From Amphiscolops sp. MND2022 (lineage: Eukaryota): 64,000 nucleotides of DNA. Shown here piece by piece: positions 1-12,241 of this stretch. The translations under genes and the position numbers were made by a program. Position 1 is the stretch's first letter; every line of letters starts with the position of its first letter. The stretch spans positions 26,910,001 to 26,974,000 of the forward strand of contig OZ076409.1 of the NCBI GenBank assembly GCA_964187785.1, in the 5' to 3' direction. The notes under the pieces are model-generated. The model was given only the letters and a program-made list of their open reading frames with translations, searched no databases and was not told the origin of the DNA.

Positions 1-1657
1 GCAGCAGACCTACACACCAAACTGTGTTGTACATTTGATTAATAAGTAATTTTTAAATTCTTAAAATATGGAAAATCCAAATTATTGATTGTACGTTTGT
101 CTTTTGTTAGTCTATTTCAAGATATTTTGTTTGTTGGTTATTACAGGTAGCGATAAAACATAATTTCCGAAAATAAAAATGACTGGCAGTGGAATGTGTT
201 AATCGAACTGTTTGAATGAAAATTGAGAGAATTGTGTTAAAATTCTGTGATAATTTCCTGAGATTTCATCATTATCAATGGAAATTCCCATAAAAGTTGT
301 TCAAAAGCCTTAGCAAACCTGCAAGTACTCAGCCTATCTTTGAAGATTGATGATCCAACCTTACGCTTAACTGGTTTCTTGTATTCATGTGAAAAATGTA
401 CATCATTGCTTGTGAAGAGCAAAAAATCACGTCAGTCTCCCGAAGAACATACATCTCACAGAAGAGCTTCCCCCTCGAACAGACACAGACGCAGTAGTCC
501 TTCTTCACGGGGTGCAGACGACTCTAGTAGCAGGAGGAGCAAGAAGCACGAGAGGAGACCGAAGGAGGGCGGCGGCAGGCACAGGAGACATGACTCACAG
601 TCGGGTGGCAAGCACAGAAAGAGGCGCCAGTCCAGTGCACGTGACTCTTCTTCCGATTACTCAAGTGAAGGTCAGTTAAACAACCTCTTCTTACAGCAAG
701 AATCAGTGGTAAAATAGTCCACCTGTTGCGTCACCGCCATAATTCTCATTTCGTTTTTTACATGAAAGATTTGCTAGAAGTGGAACCATCGTGTGCGAAT
801 TTCAGACCCAATTTGTGAACTTTTGTAAGCAAAAAAGCCGTTAGTAGGATATTGTGTTCTACTGTGTTAACACGGTTATACTGTCACCGTTATAACGTCA
901 AGGCGCTGATAATGTTACTGAGGATTTTGTATTGGAAACATTCTTGTCACCTCAATTTCACCACGTAGCCAGTTTCACACCCAGTTAAAAACAAATTCAG
1001 CGACCTCTACTTTCATTGCTGAAGAGTTAGTTTTGTACTTCTGGGGTTTTGAAAAATGTTGCATTTCAGATCAAAGTGGTAGATTCAGACCGAAGAGGGA
1101 TTACAAAAGCAGCGGCAAACCCAGTGGTTCATTTTCAGCCCAGAGGCAAATGCAGAAAACTGAAATGTTGAAAGAAAAGGTTTGCTCGATAATACACAGC
1201 TCGAGTTGTGTTATCCTTCTTGTTTCTTTGTTGTACATTCTATTGTCATTGACTTTCTAGTCTCAAAAATATCCACCTGGTCCGGATGACAATTCTGTAA
1301 TGTATTAACAAGAAAATGTATTCAATATTGGATGCCTATCGTATTTAATAACCGGTTTTTCTCAAGTTATCATCAACCCTGAAAAATTAATTTATTATAC
1401 TGCACGAGAGCTTGGGTAACTTACTATGATTTTGGATTTGTGTACTGGAAATCATTGTTACAGAAATGAATGGCATTTCAGGTGAAGAGGGAGACAGGCA
1501 TAGAAGTTCCTGACTACTACAAGGCAACTGCAGTGAACCCGGAGCAGTTTGCGGAGCAGGAGAAGAAGAGGAAGTTGTTGTGGAGCAAGAAAGACTCTTC
1601 TAAGCCTTCCGTCTGGGATGGCCTCTCTTTTTCCACGGACGGTAGCAACGAGAAGTT
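1..1657 (+). pseudogene. 3'-truncated tandem copy of the RSRC2-like gene; breaks inside the penultimate coding exon
   Basis: Matches 6452-8108 at offset 6451 (ORF-track translations identical). Diverges after ...GAGAAGTT at 1657 and runs into antisense LINE sequence, giving ...NEKLYFFRDKLLRQRN* instead of ...NEKFRRLMG. Confidence 0.85.
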
Positions 1658-2819
1658 GTATTTCTTTAGAGATAAGCTGCTTCGACAACGCAATTAACGT
1701 ACCTCCGTGACTTGTTTTATCGCCCGATTTGGATGGTCGGTCGCCTCTGAATACATTGAACTGGTTTAAGAATAACGAATTGTTTGAGATTGCTGAGGTA
1801 AGCCATGTTTCTGATAAACAAACGATATCAATGTCCTGCAGCGCTAATGAGTTGGCTAATGTCTGTCTTCGTGTAATATCTAGAATGCTCCGGACATTAT
1901 AAATTAGCACGTGGATTATTCGTTTACTACGTTGATCGCCGAGATACCTCGGTGAGATACCCGAATGTAGTCAATTGTCCGTTTGATTCACGTTTTCAGA
2001 ATCGGTGTATTTGACAACAACCCATTTTTCGTCGAAACGCTGGTGAAGTTCCAATCCTTTGATTTTCAAATTTCTTGGATCAATGCCGTCTGTAATCAGT
2101 TTGCGTCGTTTGACTACCGCATCATGTTCTTTTTTGGCGTCTTCTTTGCTCAGTTCAGGACTCAAATAAACCATGTTTCCTTCAATCTTGAAGTTATCAA
2201 CTTTCAATTTGTATGACGATTTCAATAACATATCTTTATCCAGTTCATCTTCTACCTGGAATATGATGTTTCTAGGTCTGGTAGCCTTCTCATCAAATGG
2301 TCCATTCCGTTTCAGTCGCGTGACTTTTGCATCGACACCCAAATGCTCAATAATAGTTTTGACATTTCGAAGATCACTTTTGAGGCGATCGTCTGGGTTT
2401 CCCTCAGATTCGGGAATACCCCTGATCCTCGAACCCAATGTAGGAATTGGTAGTTTTGAGATGGCATTGTCAATCACCTTTCCTGGTACAACCTGTCCCA
2501 AAGCAGCGGCATAGGATGTATCGGTTTTAGACTTTTGCAATTCCGTTTCCAATTTTTTGATACCTTGAAAAGCTTGGACGAGTTGATCATTGTAATTAGT
2601 TACTTTCTTGTCGAGCTGAGTTAACTTCACCTCAATTTCATTAATCACAGGGGATTTCAAAAAACTATTATCCCGGTTACTCTCATCTAGTGCACAGTCG
2701 TTACAAACATGCAACAAATTTCTACTTAGCTTGATCAGGACATTGACTTCTTCGGAGGAGAATCCAGTGCATTCGTCAGTCATATGCATGACTTTGTCAC
2801 AGTAACAACACTTGAAACG

Positions 2820-3721
2820 GGAAATGGTCATTTCGCCTAATGCCATTTCGCCTAAAGTCATTTCGCCTAACGTGTTTGGTCACTTCGCCTAATTTTTTTA
2901 GGCGAAACGTCTTTTACTTTGGTCACTTCGCCTAATTTTTTTTCAGAAACGTGAAAAACACATGAAATTGGAAAACAAATAAATCGTTTAAGATCTAAAA
3001 CTAAAAAGTGATTTAAAATAGAAAACGTGCCTCGGATATGTCCCATTCCTTCTAGTGCCCCGCGGCCCCTTGGGGCCGCTTATGTTCCATCTTGCTAAGC
3101 GAGGTCGAACAGGAGCAAAGACCTAGCGGGAACGGAGATCGCGAAGCGATCGTAGTGGGAGCTGGTCTTTGCGACGGTGAGGGCGAGTGTGCATACACCG
3201 CATATGCCCCACATTTTGATATTTTCGCTTTCAGAAAGCCTTTTTCGAAACATGATTATTTAGACGTTATTCCCGTTTGGTGGGTGGCTGTAAATAGGTC
3301 GAATTTTTCTGGTCGAAAGGACAGAGGTCGAACCTTTTGATCGAATTGCAGGGATCGAATGGAATGCGGTCGAATTTTATCGTATTTGTTGTATGGCTCG
3401 GTCGCTTCGCTCCCTTCGCCAAGTAGCAACATTGAGGCATGGCCATATGGCACGTCGCTCCACTTCGCTTCGCTCTCCTGTATTCAGGGCACCAGGGGTA
3501 TGTGAACATATCTGACTACGTTATAAAAATTTCGATCCCAGTTGTTTCGATCCCATTCAAAAATTTGGTATGTCGACCTGAGGACTAACTCTGATTTTCG
3601 ATCCCGTTCCTTCGACCTATTTCCGCCCACCCCCGTTTGGTCATTTCGCCTAATTTTTTTAGGCGAAATGACTCAACTAAATTTTTAGGCGAAATGGCAT
3701 TAGGCGAAATGACCTGCATCC
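2820..3721. mobile_element. Mutator-like MITE with TTTCGCCTAA-repeat arms and internal core B
   Basis: 9-bp TSD CTTGAAACG at 2811-2819 and 3722-3730. Inverted arrays of (GG)TCATTTCGCCTAA / TTAGGCGAAATGA. Excision restores LINE ORF1. Confidence 0.85.
3282..3632. mobile_element. Mutator-like MITE with GGTCGAA/TTCGA(C/T)C arms and core A, nested in the previous MITE
   Basis: 9-bp TSD CCGTTTGGT at 3273-3281 and 3633-3641. Termini GGGTGG...CCACCC. Near-identical copy at 38361-38694. Confidence 0.85.
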
Positions 3722-3954
3722 CTTGAAACGCTCTCCCTTGATCTTCTTTTTGCACGAATAGCAGTTTTCCCTCCTTCGACTCGACATGTCTGCCGGGTCA
3801 TCACCCGACTTGGTTGCCATTAAATATGAAAACACACTATTTAATAAGTTGAACATATCATCACCGAGAGGGGTAAAGAAGAAGTCTACAACAGATTTGT
3901 TTTGCAGATCCATGACCCTATCTGAAAGAAACAAACGAAATGAATTTCCCGAGA

Positions 3955-4081
3955 AAAAAATATGGTGGCATTATGGCAGAGCTACCATACATAATGGCCA
4001 TTTTTCTCAGTGCAGCCATAAATAATTTCCATATATTTATGGCCATATATTGTTATGGCCATTATGGAGTTCCAATCCCTG
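3955..4081. mobile_element. Fragment (one end) of a hAT-like MITE with TATGGCC/ATAATGGC repeats
   Basis: Clustered TATGGC motifs ending in CCAATCCCTG (reverse complement CAGGGATTGG), like the terminus of the 35759-35884 MITE. No partner end or TSD found. Confidence 0.4.
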
Positions 4082-4753
4082 TTCCTATACGTTTCATCCG
4101 AAGTTTGAAAACGTCACTTTCGAACTTTGAAAACGTTACATCCGAGCTATGAAACGTTCAATCCTAACTGAAACATCTCTGCTACAAATATGAACAAATG
4201 AACAAAGAAAGTGGACCATTTATAGTGAACTGAAACAAGCCGAAAACGTCATAAGTCGACGCCATAACTAAGGCTCAAAAAAGCAGAAAGACTTAAGTAT
4301 CAAATATTTTTACAGTACCTGAAAATCCCAAAATTTGGATCGAATTGGCGCGCCGGGGCCCGCTAGCTGATTTTTTAAACATTCATCGTTGCAAAACATC
4401 AAAAAATTGAAGGGGGACCCTTTGGGGAATTTTTTTGGAAAAGTCTCACATTGCCGAAAAACTGAAAGGACCCTCTAGCCTCGCCCGGAATTGTGTGACG
4501 CTGAAAAACCATTTTGGTTCAGGTCACTGGGCCAAATGGTTAAATTTGACACCATAAAATTTTGTAGAACTTCATATAACTATTTTGGTCAGTTCGTGTG
4601 GATTGAAAAAAGTCACTATAATTGTCACGTTTCTTTTCATGAAGCGCCTTTTAAAAATACCCACTGAGCTTTTTAAAAAATGCCTTTTTAAAAATACCCA
4701 TTTATAATGATCTGGATTTTTTTTGAAAGTTAATTCCATTGGTTTCAGATTGC

Positions 4754-7700
4754 ATGGAACTATATGGAACTGAAGTACCATTATTTCCACCAAATAGCCC
4801 TAACAACTATTCCAGTTCATCCGACGAAAACGAACACAAATTGAATGACATGAAAGGAAACGCGGAGGTTTCTGACGTTATATTGCCTGATCCTCCCGAG
4901 GTTTAAATCAAAAATTTTGTCTAGTAATCTTTTTGTCTAATAATGTTTTGACGATCGCACTGTTTTCAGATGCAGAGTCAAACAAGTGAAAAGGAAGAGA
5001 ACTTACCCGTTGGATTGGCTGAGAATCCTGGTGCGAAAGATAGTAAAAATAACAATTCCAGCTCATCGGGATCTTCTGGTGAAAGTAGTAGTGGTTCAGA
5101 TGGTGAGTCCGTTTCATCATCAGACAGTGAATCTGGATCCGAGTCTTCTGATAGTGCAACAAAATCAAAACATACCAATAAAAGTCACACACACAGGAAG
5201 AGAAGAAGTAGAGAAAGAAGGCACGGCAATAATGATAAAACATCCACCCGTGTGAGTTTTTTGTTCTATGACAACTTTTGGGGTGTTATATTCGCTACTA
5301 CAAGCCCTTACAGTGCCACTGACGGTCCCATAAAAAATATTGAAAAAATGTAAAAATTGAGCACGTCAAGAGAATAGTTATGACCGCCTCCCCTCTTCCT
5401 CTATTGCTTATATCGCAGATTAGGTGCCATATTAGATTGGCGGTTCCTTAGCATTAGCTCTTTTTGTAGATTTTGTTAATTCTGTTTGGAACAACTGAAT
5501 TTGATGACCTGTAGGATTCTGGGGGAAGACACGGCAGCAATAGACATCACAAACACAAAAGGAAACACGGCAAAAGTTCGAGACATGGCAAACACCACAG
5601 AAGCCGAAGACATGGCTCTAAATCAAAGAGTCGCAGAAACAGTAATCACAGTAAAGAAAAGAAGAAAAGCGGCGAGCACCATCGGAGGAAACGAAAACAC
5701 AGTGAGAAACAACGCAGTACCAACAAGGACGGTAAATCTAGGTATGACATTTCGAGCGTTTTCCATGCTAAGGTAATGATTAAAGCATCAAATGTTTCGG
5801 GGTTTCAGACCAGATGACAGGCGCGACAGAGAAAGAAGAGAATCAATGAAACAAGAAGATCTCATACTAACGTAAGTTTTTTTACTTGTTCTTCTTAAAA
5901 AGCGTCCTAGACAATGATATTTTTTCTAATTGTCAATCTTGTCGAAGTATTGTTGTGTTGATTGTCTTTCGATTGCTTCCGCATGTCTTAGCCATCTTAA
6001 TTCGGCAGTTTGGTTTTGAATCAGTTATCCTTCTAGTCGAAAATAGTTCACTTAGGTATGAAGGAAAATGACGTTTTCCCTGCTGTCGATATCAGGTGAA
6101 ATCAAGTTACAAATCAATTCTAGATAATTTGGTTTCAAATCCTAAATTATTATACTCTACAGTGAAAATGACATGCAGAATAGTTTGCTTATACTGAAGT
6201 CAATTCTTGGTAAGATCTTGGTTTGATCCCTTTCTTAGCTGGCTCTCTTCTGTCTTCTTCAACGCCAAACGTTGGAAATTTTTTGTGCAGAGACCCCCAG
6301 AGGGCCTTGGCAGAGAGACTGGCCAAAGTAAAGCGAGAGAGCGAGACTGGAAGCAAAGACTTATCAACTAACTCGGCTGCAGAAATTGCCGAGAGCTTTC
6401 TCAACGCTACTGCCAACGCACCCACTCCTAGCTTCAATGATCACCCAGGCAGCAGCAGACCTACACACCAAACTGTGTTGTACATTTGATTAATAAGTAA
6501 TTTTTAAATTCTTAAAATATGGAAAATCCAAATTATTGATTGTACGTTTGTCTTTTGTTAGTCTATTTCAAGATATTTTGTTTGTTGGTTATTACAGGTA
6601 GCGATAAAACATAATTTCCGAAAATAAAAATGACTGGCAGTGGAATGTGTTAATCGAACTGTTTGAATGAAAATTGAGAGAATTGTGTTAAAATTCTGTG
6701 ATAATTTCCTGAGATTTCATCATTATCAATGGAAATTCCCATAAAAGTTGTTCAAAAGCCTTAGCAAACCTGCAAGTACTCAGCCTATCTTTGAAGATTG
6801 ATGATCCAACCTTACGCTTAACTGGTTTCTTGTATTCATGTGAAAAATGTACATCATTGCTTGTGAAGAGCAAAAAATCACGTCAGTCTCCCGAAGAACA
6901 TACATCTCACAGAAGAGCTTCCCCCTCGAACAGACACAGACGCAGTAGTCCTTCTTCACGGGGTGCAGACGACTCTAGTAGCAGGAGGAGCAAGAAGCAC
7001 GAGAGGAGACCGAAGGAGGGCGGCGGCAGGCACAGGAGACATGACTCACAGTCGGGTGGCAAGCACAGAAAGAGGCGCCAGTCCAGTGCACGTGACTCTT
7101 CTTCCGATTACTCAAGTGAAGGTCAGTTAAACAACCTCTTCTTACAGCAAGAATCAGTGGTAAAATAGTCCACCTGTTGCGTCACCGCCATAATTCTCAT
7201 TTCGTTTTTTACATGAAAGATTTGCTAGAAGTGGAACCATCGTGTGCGAATTTCAGACCCAATTTGTGAACTTTTGTAAGCAAAAAAGCCGTTAGTAGGA
7301 TATTGTGTTCTACTGTGTTAACACGGTTATACTGTCACCGTTATAACGTCAAGGCGCTGATAATGTTACTGAGGATTTTGTATTGGAAACATTCTTGTCA
7401 CCTCAATTTCACCACGTAGCCAGTTTCACACCCAGTTAAAAACAAATTCAGCGACCTCTACTTTCATTGCTGAAGAGTTAGTTTTGTACTTCTGGGGTTT
7501 TGAAAAATGTTGCATTTCAGATCAAAGTGGTAGATTCAGACCGAAGAGGGATTACAAAAGCAGCGGCAAACCCAGTGGTTCATTTTCAGCCCAGAGGCAA
7601 ATGCAGAAAACTGAAATGTTGAAAGAAAAGGTTTGCTCGATAATACACAGCTCGAGTTGTGTTATCCTTCTTGTTTCTTTGTTGTACATTCTATTGTCAT

Positions 7701-8866
7701 TGACTTTCTAGTCTCAAAAATATCCACCTGGTCCGGATGACAATTCTGTAATGTATTAACAAGAAAATGTATTCAATATTGGATGCCTATCGTATTTAAT
7801 AACCGGTTTTTCTCAAGTTATCATCAACCCTGAAAAATTAATTTATTATACTGCACGAGAGCTTGGGTAACTTACTATGATTTTGGATTTGTGTACTGGA
7901 AATCATTGTTACAGAAATGAATGGCATTTCAGGTGAAGAGGGAGACAGGCATAGAAGTTCCTGACTACTACAAGGCAACTGCAGTGAACCCGGAGCAGTT
8001 TGCGGAGCAGGAGAAGAAGAGGAAGTTGTTGTGGAGCAAGAAAGACTCTTCTAAGCCTTCCGTCTGGGATGGCCTCTCTTTTTCCACGGACGGTAGCAAC
8101 GAGAAGTTTCGAAGGCGAGTAGTAATAATCCCCATATGCATGTCCTAGAAATCACCATTTTTCTATCAACTCTGAAGTCCATTGCATCAGAGACATCTAC
8201 GTTTTGACGATTTCCAGGCCATTTTTCATCGTTGTTTCGATTTCAATTATTTGGCGTCTTTTAACCTGAATATGAAAGAATTATTAGATACTCCAAAAAT
8301 GCGTTGTTCCAAAAATTCCCATAGTTTATGTTCTCGAAACAAATCATTTACTCTGTCAAATGTATAGTTGTCACAATGAGTTTAGTTCATGGATCTATGA
8401 ATGAATGGTAGTTCTCCGGAAAAGTATTGCATAAGAAAGATTGTCAGTGGTCGATTTTTCTACTGTTAAGTATATACAATGTCAATCTAAGGAGAGTAAT
8501 TCCCCATATGCAAAAGGAAACGTTTGAGTTATTAGTGGCAAATGAGCGCGAAGAATCGTGACTGTTGTGGTATGTCTCATTGAATTGAAATTGTTTTTGA
8601 CTCGCCTTCCAAGTATGTGCTTCCTCAATGTCACCGATAAGTGTTGCAGGTTAATGGGCATGCAGCAATCCTCTTCTGCCGAAGGGGGCAATAACCCGGC
8701 CGCCGAGATGAACGGAGGGGGAGGCGAGAGCCAGAGTGCAAGAGCATCAAGCTCCAGCATAGTGCAGAAGCAGAACGAGATCTTCGAGCAGCTGAACCAA
8801 CAATACGCCGTGGCCAGATTGCAGACCCACACGCAGAAGGGAACTGGGCTGGGCTTCAGTTTCTAA
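4754..8866 (+). CDS. RSRC2: Arginine/serine-rich coiled-coil protein 2-like, C-terminal SMAP-type domain. Exons approx. 4754-4900, 4970-5251, 5515-5741, 5809-5871, 6291-6474(?), 6869-7121, 7521-7630, 7933-8114, 8650-8866
   Basis: Splice phases are compatible. S/R/H/K-rich N-terminal half. C-terminus VKRETGIEVPDYYKATAVNPEQFAEQEKKRKLLW...KFRRLMG...QQYAVARLQTHTQKGTGLGF matches the RSRC2 signature I recognise. The 6474/6869 junction is weak, so the link between the 5' and 3' halves is less certain. Confidence 0.8.
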
Positions 8867-9361
8867 CAAACCCCCCTCCTGCTCCTAATACATGTCTCCT
8901 TTCTTACTTATGAAGTCTCCATTCGTATTTGATCTGATAGCAGCAACAGCAGTCGCTGAAGTTCAGTAATTCATTTAATAGATTACCGATTCAAGACTCT
9001 AAATTTAAACTTTCATCTTTTTACTCCTTTCATTTAAATAATTATTTTTCTTCATTAATTCATTATTCTGTCTTTGAGCTACTTTTTCTCTGAGAAAGCT
9101 TTATTACTCGATGCGTTTTAAAAATGATTGAAAGATTGATGATTGAAAGAATCTCCTTATTTTAATTAACCATGTAATGAAGAAATATTTTGTGCAAAGA
9201 GTGTAAATTTCACCGATCGTAAGACTTGAATTTATACACGAGCAGAAAAACGTCTTTGGGTTTCTTTTTTCCACAAGCAAATCGGGAATCAAATTAAAAT
9301 CGCTCATGCTGTCCTACATCCATCCATCCGGAATGCTTGAAATAATTTCAATTTATAGATT

Positions 9362-9838
9362 ATGCAAATGGAGGAAAAGCCTCAGATTGCTTCTCTGCAA
9401 CAACCTAGCAACACTCCACCCCCTCCCGTCGCTTCTGTGAGCACAGGACAACCTCCAGAGGCCTATTTTGTTGAGAAGGTGCTGAAAAAGCGGGTTTTGA
9501 AGGGTGTCACCCAGTACCTGCTCAAATGGCAGGGCTACCCCGAAAGTGAGAACTCCTGGGAACCTATAGGAGTCATCAACAGTCCTCGACTCATCGAGGA
9601 ATTCGAAGCCAAATTGAAAGCTAAACAGGATAACAAGACTGCACGGGGCTTCGAGAGGGGACTGGAAGCTGAAGAAATTATTGGCGGCACTGAAAGTGGA
9701 GGCAAGATCAAATTTCTGTTGAAGTGGAAAGGCGTTAATCAGTTAGAACTCATTGAATGTGAAGAAGCAGCAGATTACTGTCCAGAACTTGTCCTCGGTT
9801 TTTTCCAGAATCGGGTCTCACCCGGGTGCAATAATTAA
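9362..9838 (+). CDS. HP1: HP1-family protein (chromodomain + chromo-shadow domain), 158 aa, single coding exon
   Basis: Chromodomain YFVEKVLKKRVLKGVTQYLLKWQGYPESENSWEP...LIEEFE. Shadow domain RGFERGLEAEEIIGGTESGGKIKFLLKWKG...CPELVLGFFQNRV. Confidence 0.92.
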   Translation: MQMEEKPQIASLQQPSNTPPPPVASVSTGQPPEAYFVEKVLKKRVLKGVTQYLLKWQGYPESENSWEPIGVINSPRLIEEFEAKLKAKQDNKTARGFERGLEAEEIIGGTESGGKIKFLLKWKGVNQLELIECEEAADYCPELVLGFFQNRVSPGCNN

Positions 9839-12241
9839 CTCTGGTTTGTTTCAATTTTAGTTTGAAACATCAATTTTCAACTTTTTAAGTTAATCATCGG
9901 GGTTTCAGCGTCGGTGGTTTTTTTCACGGAGCCTCTAAGCTACAAAATTGGTTATTTTTTAAAACCAATAGAAAAGGTTTTTGTCAATGTCACCAGCTAA
10001 GGTCCGAATTTGACTGTTCAAAAAGAATGGGAGTTTGAGTAGGAGTTTTTTTGTTAATCATGTGAAATGGTTGCTTATTAGGAGTGTCGAAACCCTGATG
10101 GTAGCATACTCTTACTTTTTATCGCAATAGCATATGATTATACTTTTGAATTTCCGTTTTCATTTGATATTCTCTAGATTTATGTTTAAACGTAGCATAG
10201 ATTTCGCAGGAAATTGTGAATTTACTGTTATGTCGACTGTTAAAAGTTTGGTTGATTCTTTCACTCCTGGGTTAGCTGCAAAATTCAAGCTGAATTTAAC
10301 TTCTCTAGAAATGATTTTAATAATAGAAATAGCCCTCATTGTTTGGAATGACACCTCGCTTCATGTTTCAAGAGCCTAAAATATTGAATCAACTCAGGTT
10401 TTTTGTCAAGGTTTTGTTTCAAAAGGTCTTGTGCAAGGGTAGAGTTACTTTTTATATGCGTCAAGGAGTTTAAAGAAAATGGCTGTGCCAAAAAATGAGT
10501 TTCGGAAAAATCCAATCGAGTATTTGCAAGAAAAACCTAATTACTAAACAAGCTAACAAAATATGGAAAATAAACTGCGCTAAAGAATATGGGCTACTGG
10601 CAAAGCGATTCAGAACTTTGAAATGACAGTTTACTACTGGAAATGATCAAATCCCATAAAATCAGTTTCGTGGGGTATCTTCATATGAATCTATTTGAAC
10701 TTATTGGCAGGAATTAGCTAAAAAGCAAGGCGTGCCACAGAAACGCCTATGAATGACGCTCATAACGGAAAAAAGATATCCAAATTTATTTTTCTACATT
10801 TTTTAGTTTGAACATCCACAGAGTCTAAGGAAATAATTGAGAAAATAGCAAATTTTTGTCATATATGTATGCTTTGATTGAACTAAATAGCTAGTTTTCG
10901 TAGGTATGAAGAGATACAAAGAAATAAACCAAACAATAGGCTAGAATTGTGATTTTAGAATGTGATTTTTTAAAACACTTTTTGGTTCAATTCACGCCTT
11001 TTGCGAAAAAAGATTTCTCTCAAAACAGTAAGATTTGTGGTCAAACGTTTCTTTTCCCAGGTTTTTCATAATCACAAAATCAAGCGAAATTTATACTAAA
11101 TAGCCTGAAACGTCTGTTCTCTCATTTTCAGTAGTTTGCTAGAAAGGTTTTGGATTGTCTTCGAATATTGCGGTTGATCATACCAAGAGTCAAAAATATG
11201 AACAAAAATAGCCTGAACATTTGTTTTTTGTAAACATTAGTTTTGTGAACATTAGTTTTTTGTGAACAAGAAAGTTTTTTTAGAGTCCCGTTTTTGTCGT
11301 TGAAATCTGTGGATCTTCTAGTTTAGCTAAACTTTACAAAAATTGCAACTTGAAGATCCAAATTTGATTTTCTTGCTCTTTAGGGTTGTTTTTGGCACTT
11401 TTCCATCAAAAGAAAAGATTTTCTCTGCAAATCGTACTGGACGGTTGAAGTCTGTGGATGTTTTAGGCTATCGAGAAATTCAAAAATTACAAAATTGGTC
11501 GATATGTTTTTTTGTAAATTTTTGAGGCCTTTTCGATTAATTTTGAGGCAAATTTTTAAATGGAACACATAAAGTTGCTCTCTGTGAGAGCGTATAGCAT
11601 GGCTATTTTGTTCGCTGTTGAATAGGTATTTGAAAACTGTACAAAAAAAAGTTAAAAATTGGAAAAACTAGATTTTAGTGCCATATAATTATTACTAAAA
11701 CCTATACAAATCCATACTCACAAAACCAAGTTTATGGTACTTGATTTCGGCAACAGGAGCTCTCATTCTGGTATAAACGTGGAACATTGCAAATATGGAA
11801 AAATGGAAGGCAAATTACAAGATTACCCAGGGTACAAAAAACCTAAAGACACTTGATTTCAAGTCTCAAAAATAATTTACGAAATCTGAAGACACAAACG
11901 TCATTGGAGTGAGACCTCAAATTTCAATCAGAAATACAAAGGTATTTTTTGTTTTGAAATCACACCAGTATCACAAAAATTACCAACAAAAGCTTTTGCA
12001 GGTTTTTGACTTTTCGAAGTTTATCAAGCAATATCTCGAGGTCATCAGTATTGTCCTAGCGGTAACATCATTTTTAGAAGAGTAAGAAGAATTGTATTCA
12101 GTATTTTTATGAAGACTTCAGAATTGTTGATAACTTCAGATTCCTTGCTGGGTCATCTTTCCTTAACTGAGAAACAAGAAGTTTCTTGTTAAAGCGCTTT
12201 GTTAAAAAGTTAAAGCAAAACTTATAGTATACTTATTCAAG

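Larger units (their letters stand above)
1658..3930 (-). mobile_element. 5' part of a CR1/L2-type LINE: ORF1 (ATG 3787 to 1971, split by a MITE) and start of the ORF2 APE endonuclease
   Basis: Removing 2820-3721 and one TSD copy restores MSSRRRENCYSCKKKIKGERFKCCYCDKVMHMTDEC...VCNDC (PHD), a coiled coil and IRGIPESE...RPRNII. ORF2 shows YNVRSI, IVCLSETWL and FRGDR...HGGTLI, then is cut off at the 1657 junction. Confidence 0.88.

Noticed and set aside
3092..3509. ORFs recurring at 38275-38517 and 46310-46519
   Set aside because: They fall within the MITE cores, and starts and stops are not conserved between copies, so they are non-coding repeats.
4318..4655. GC palindromes (GGCGCGCC, GGGCCC, GCTAGC) and a possible non-autonomous element upstream of RSRC2
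   Set aside because: Single copy in the window with no TIR or TSD I could establish.
10000..12240. Short ORFs in AT-rich DNA
   Set aside because: No recognisable motifs or consistent exon chain; probably intergenic DNA or old decayed repeats.
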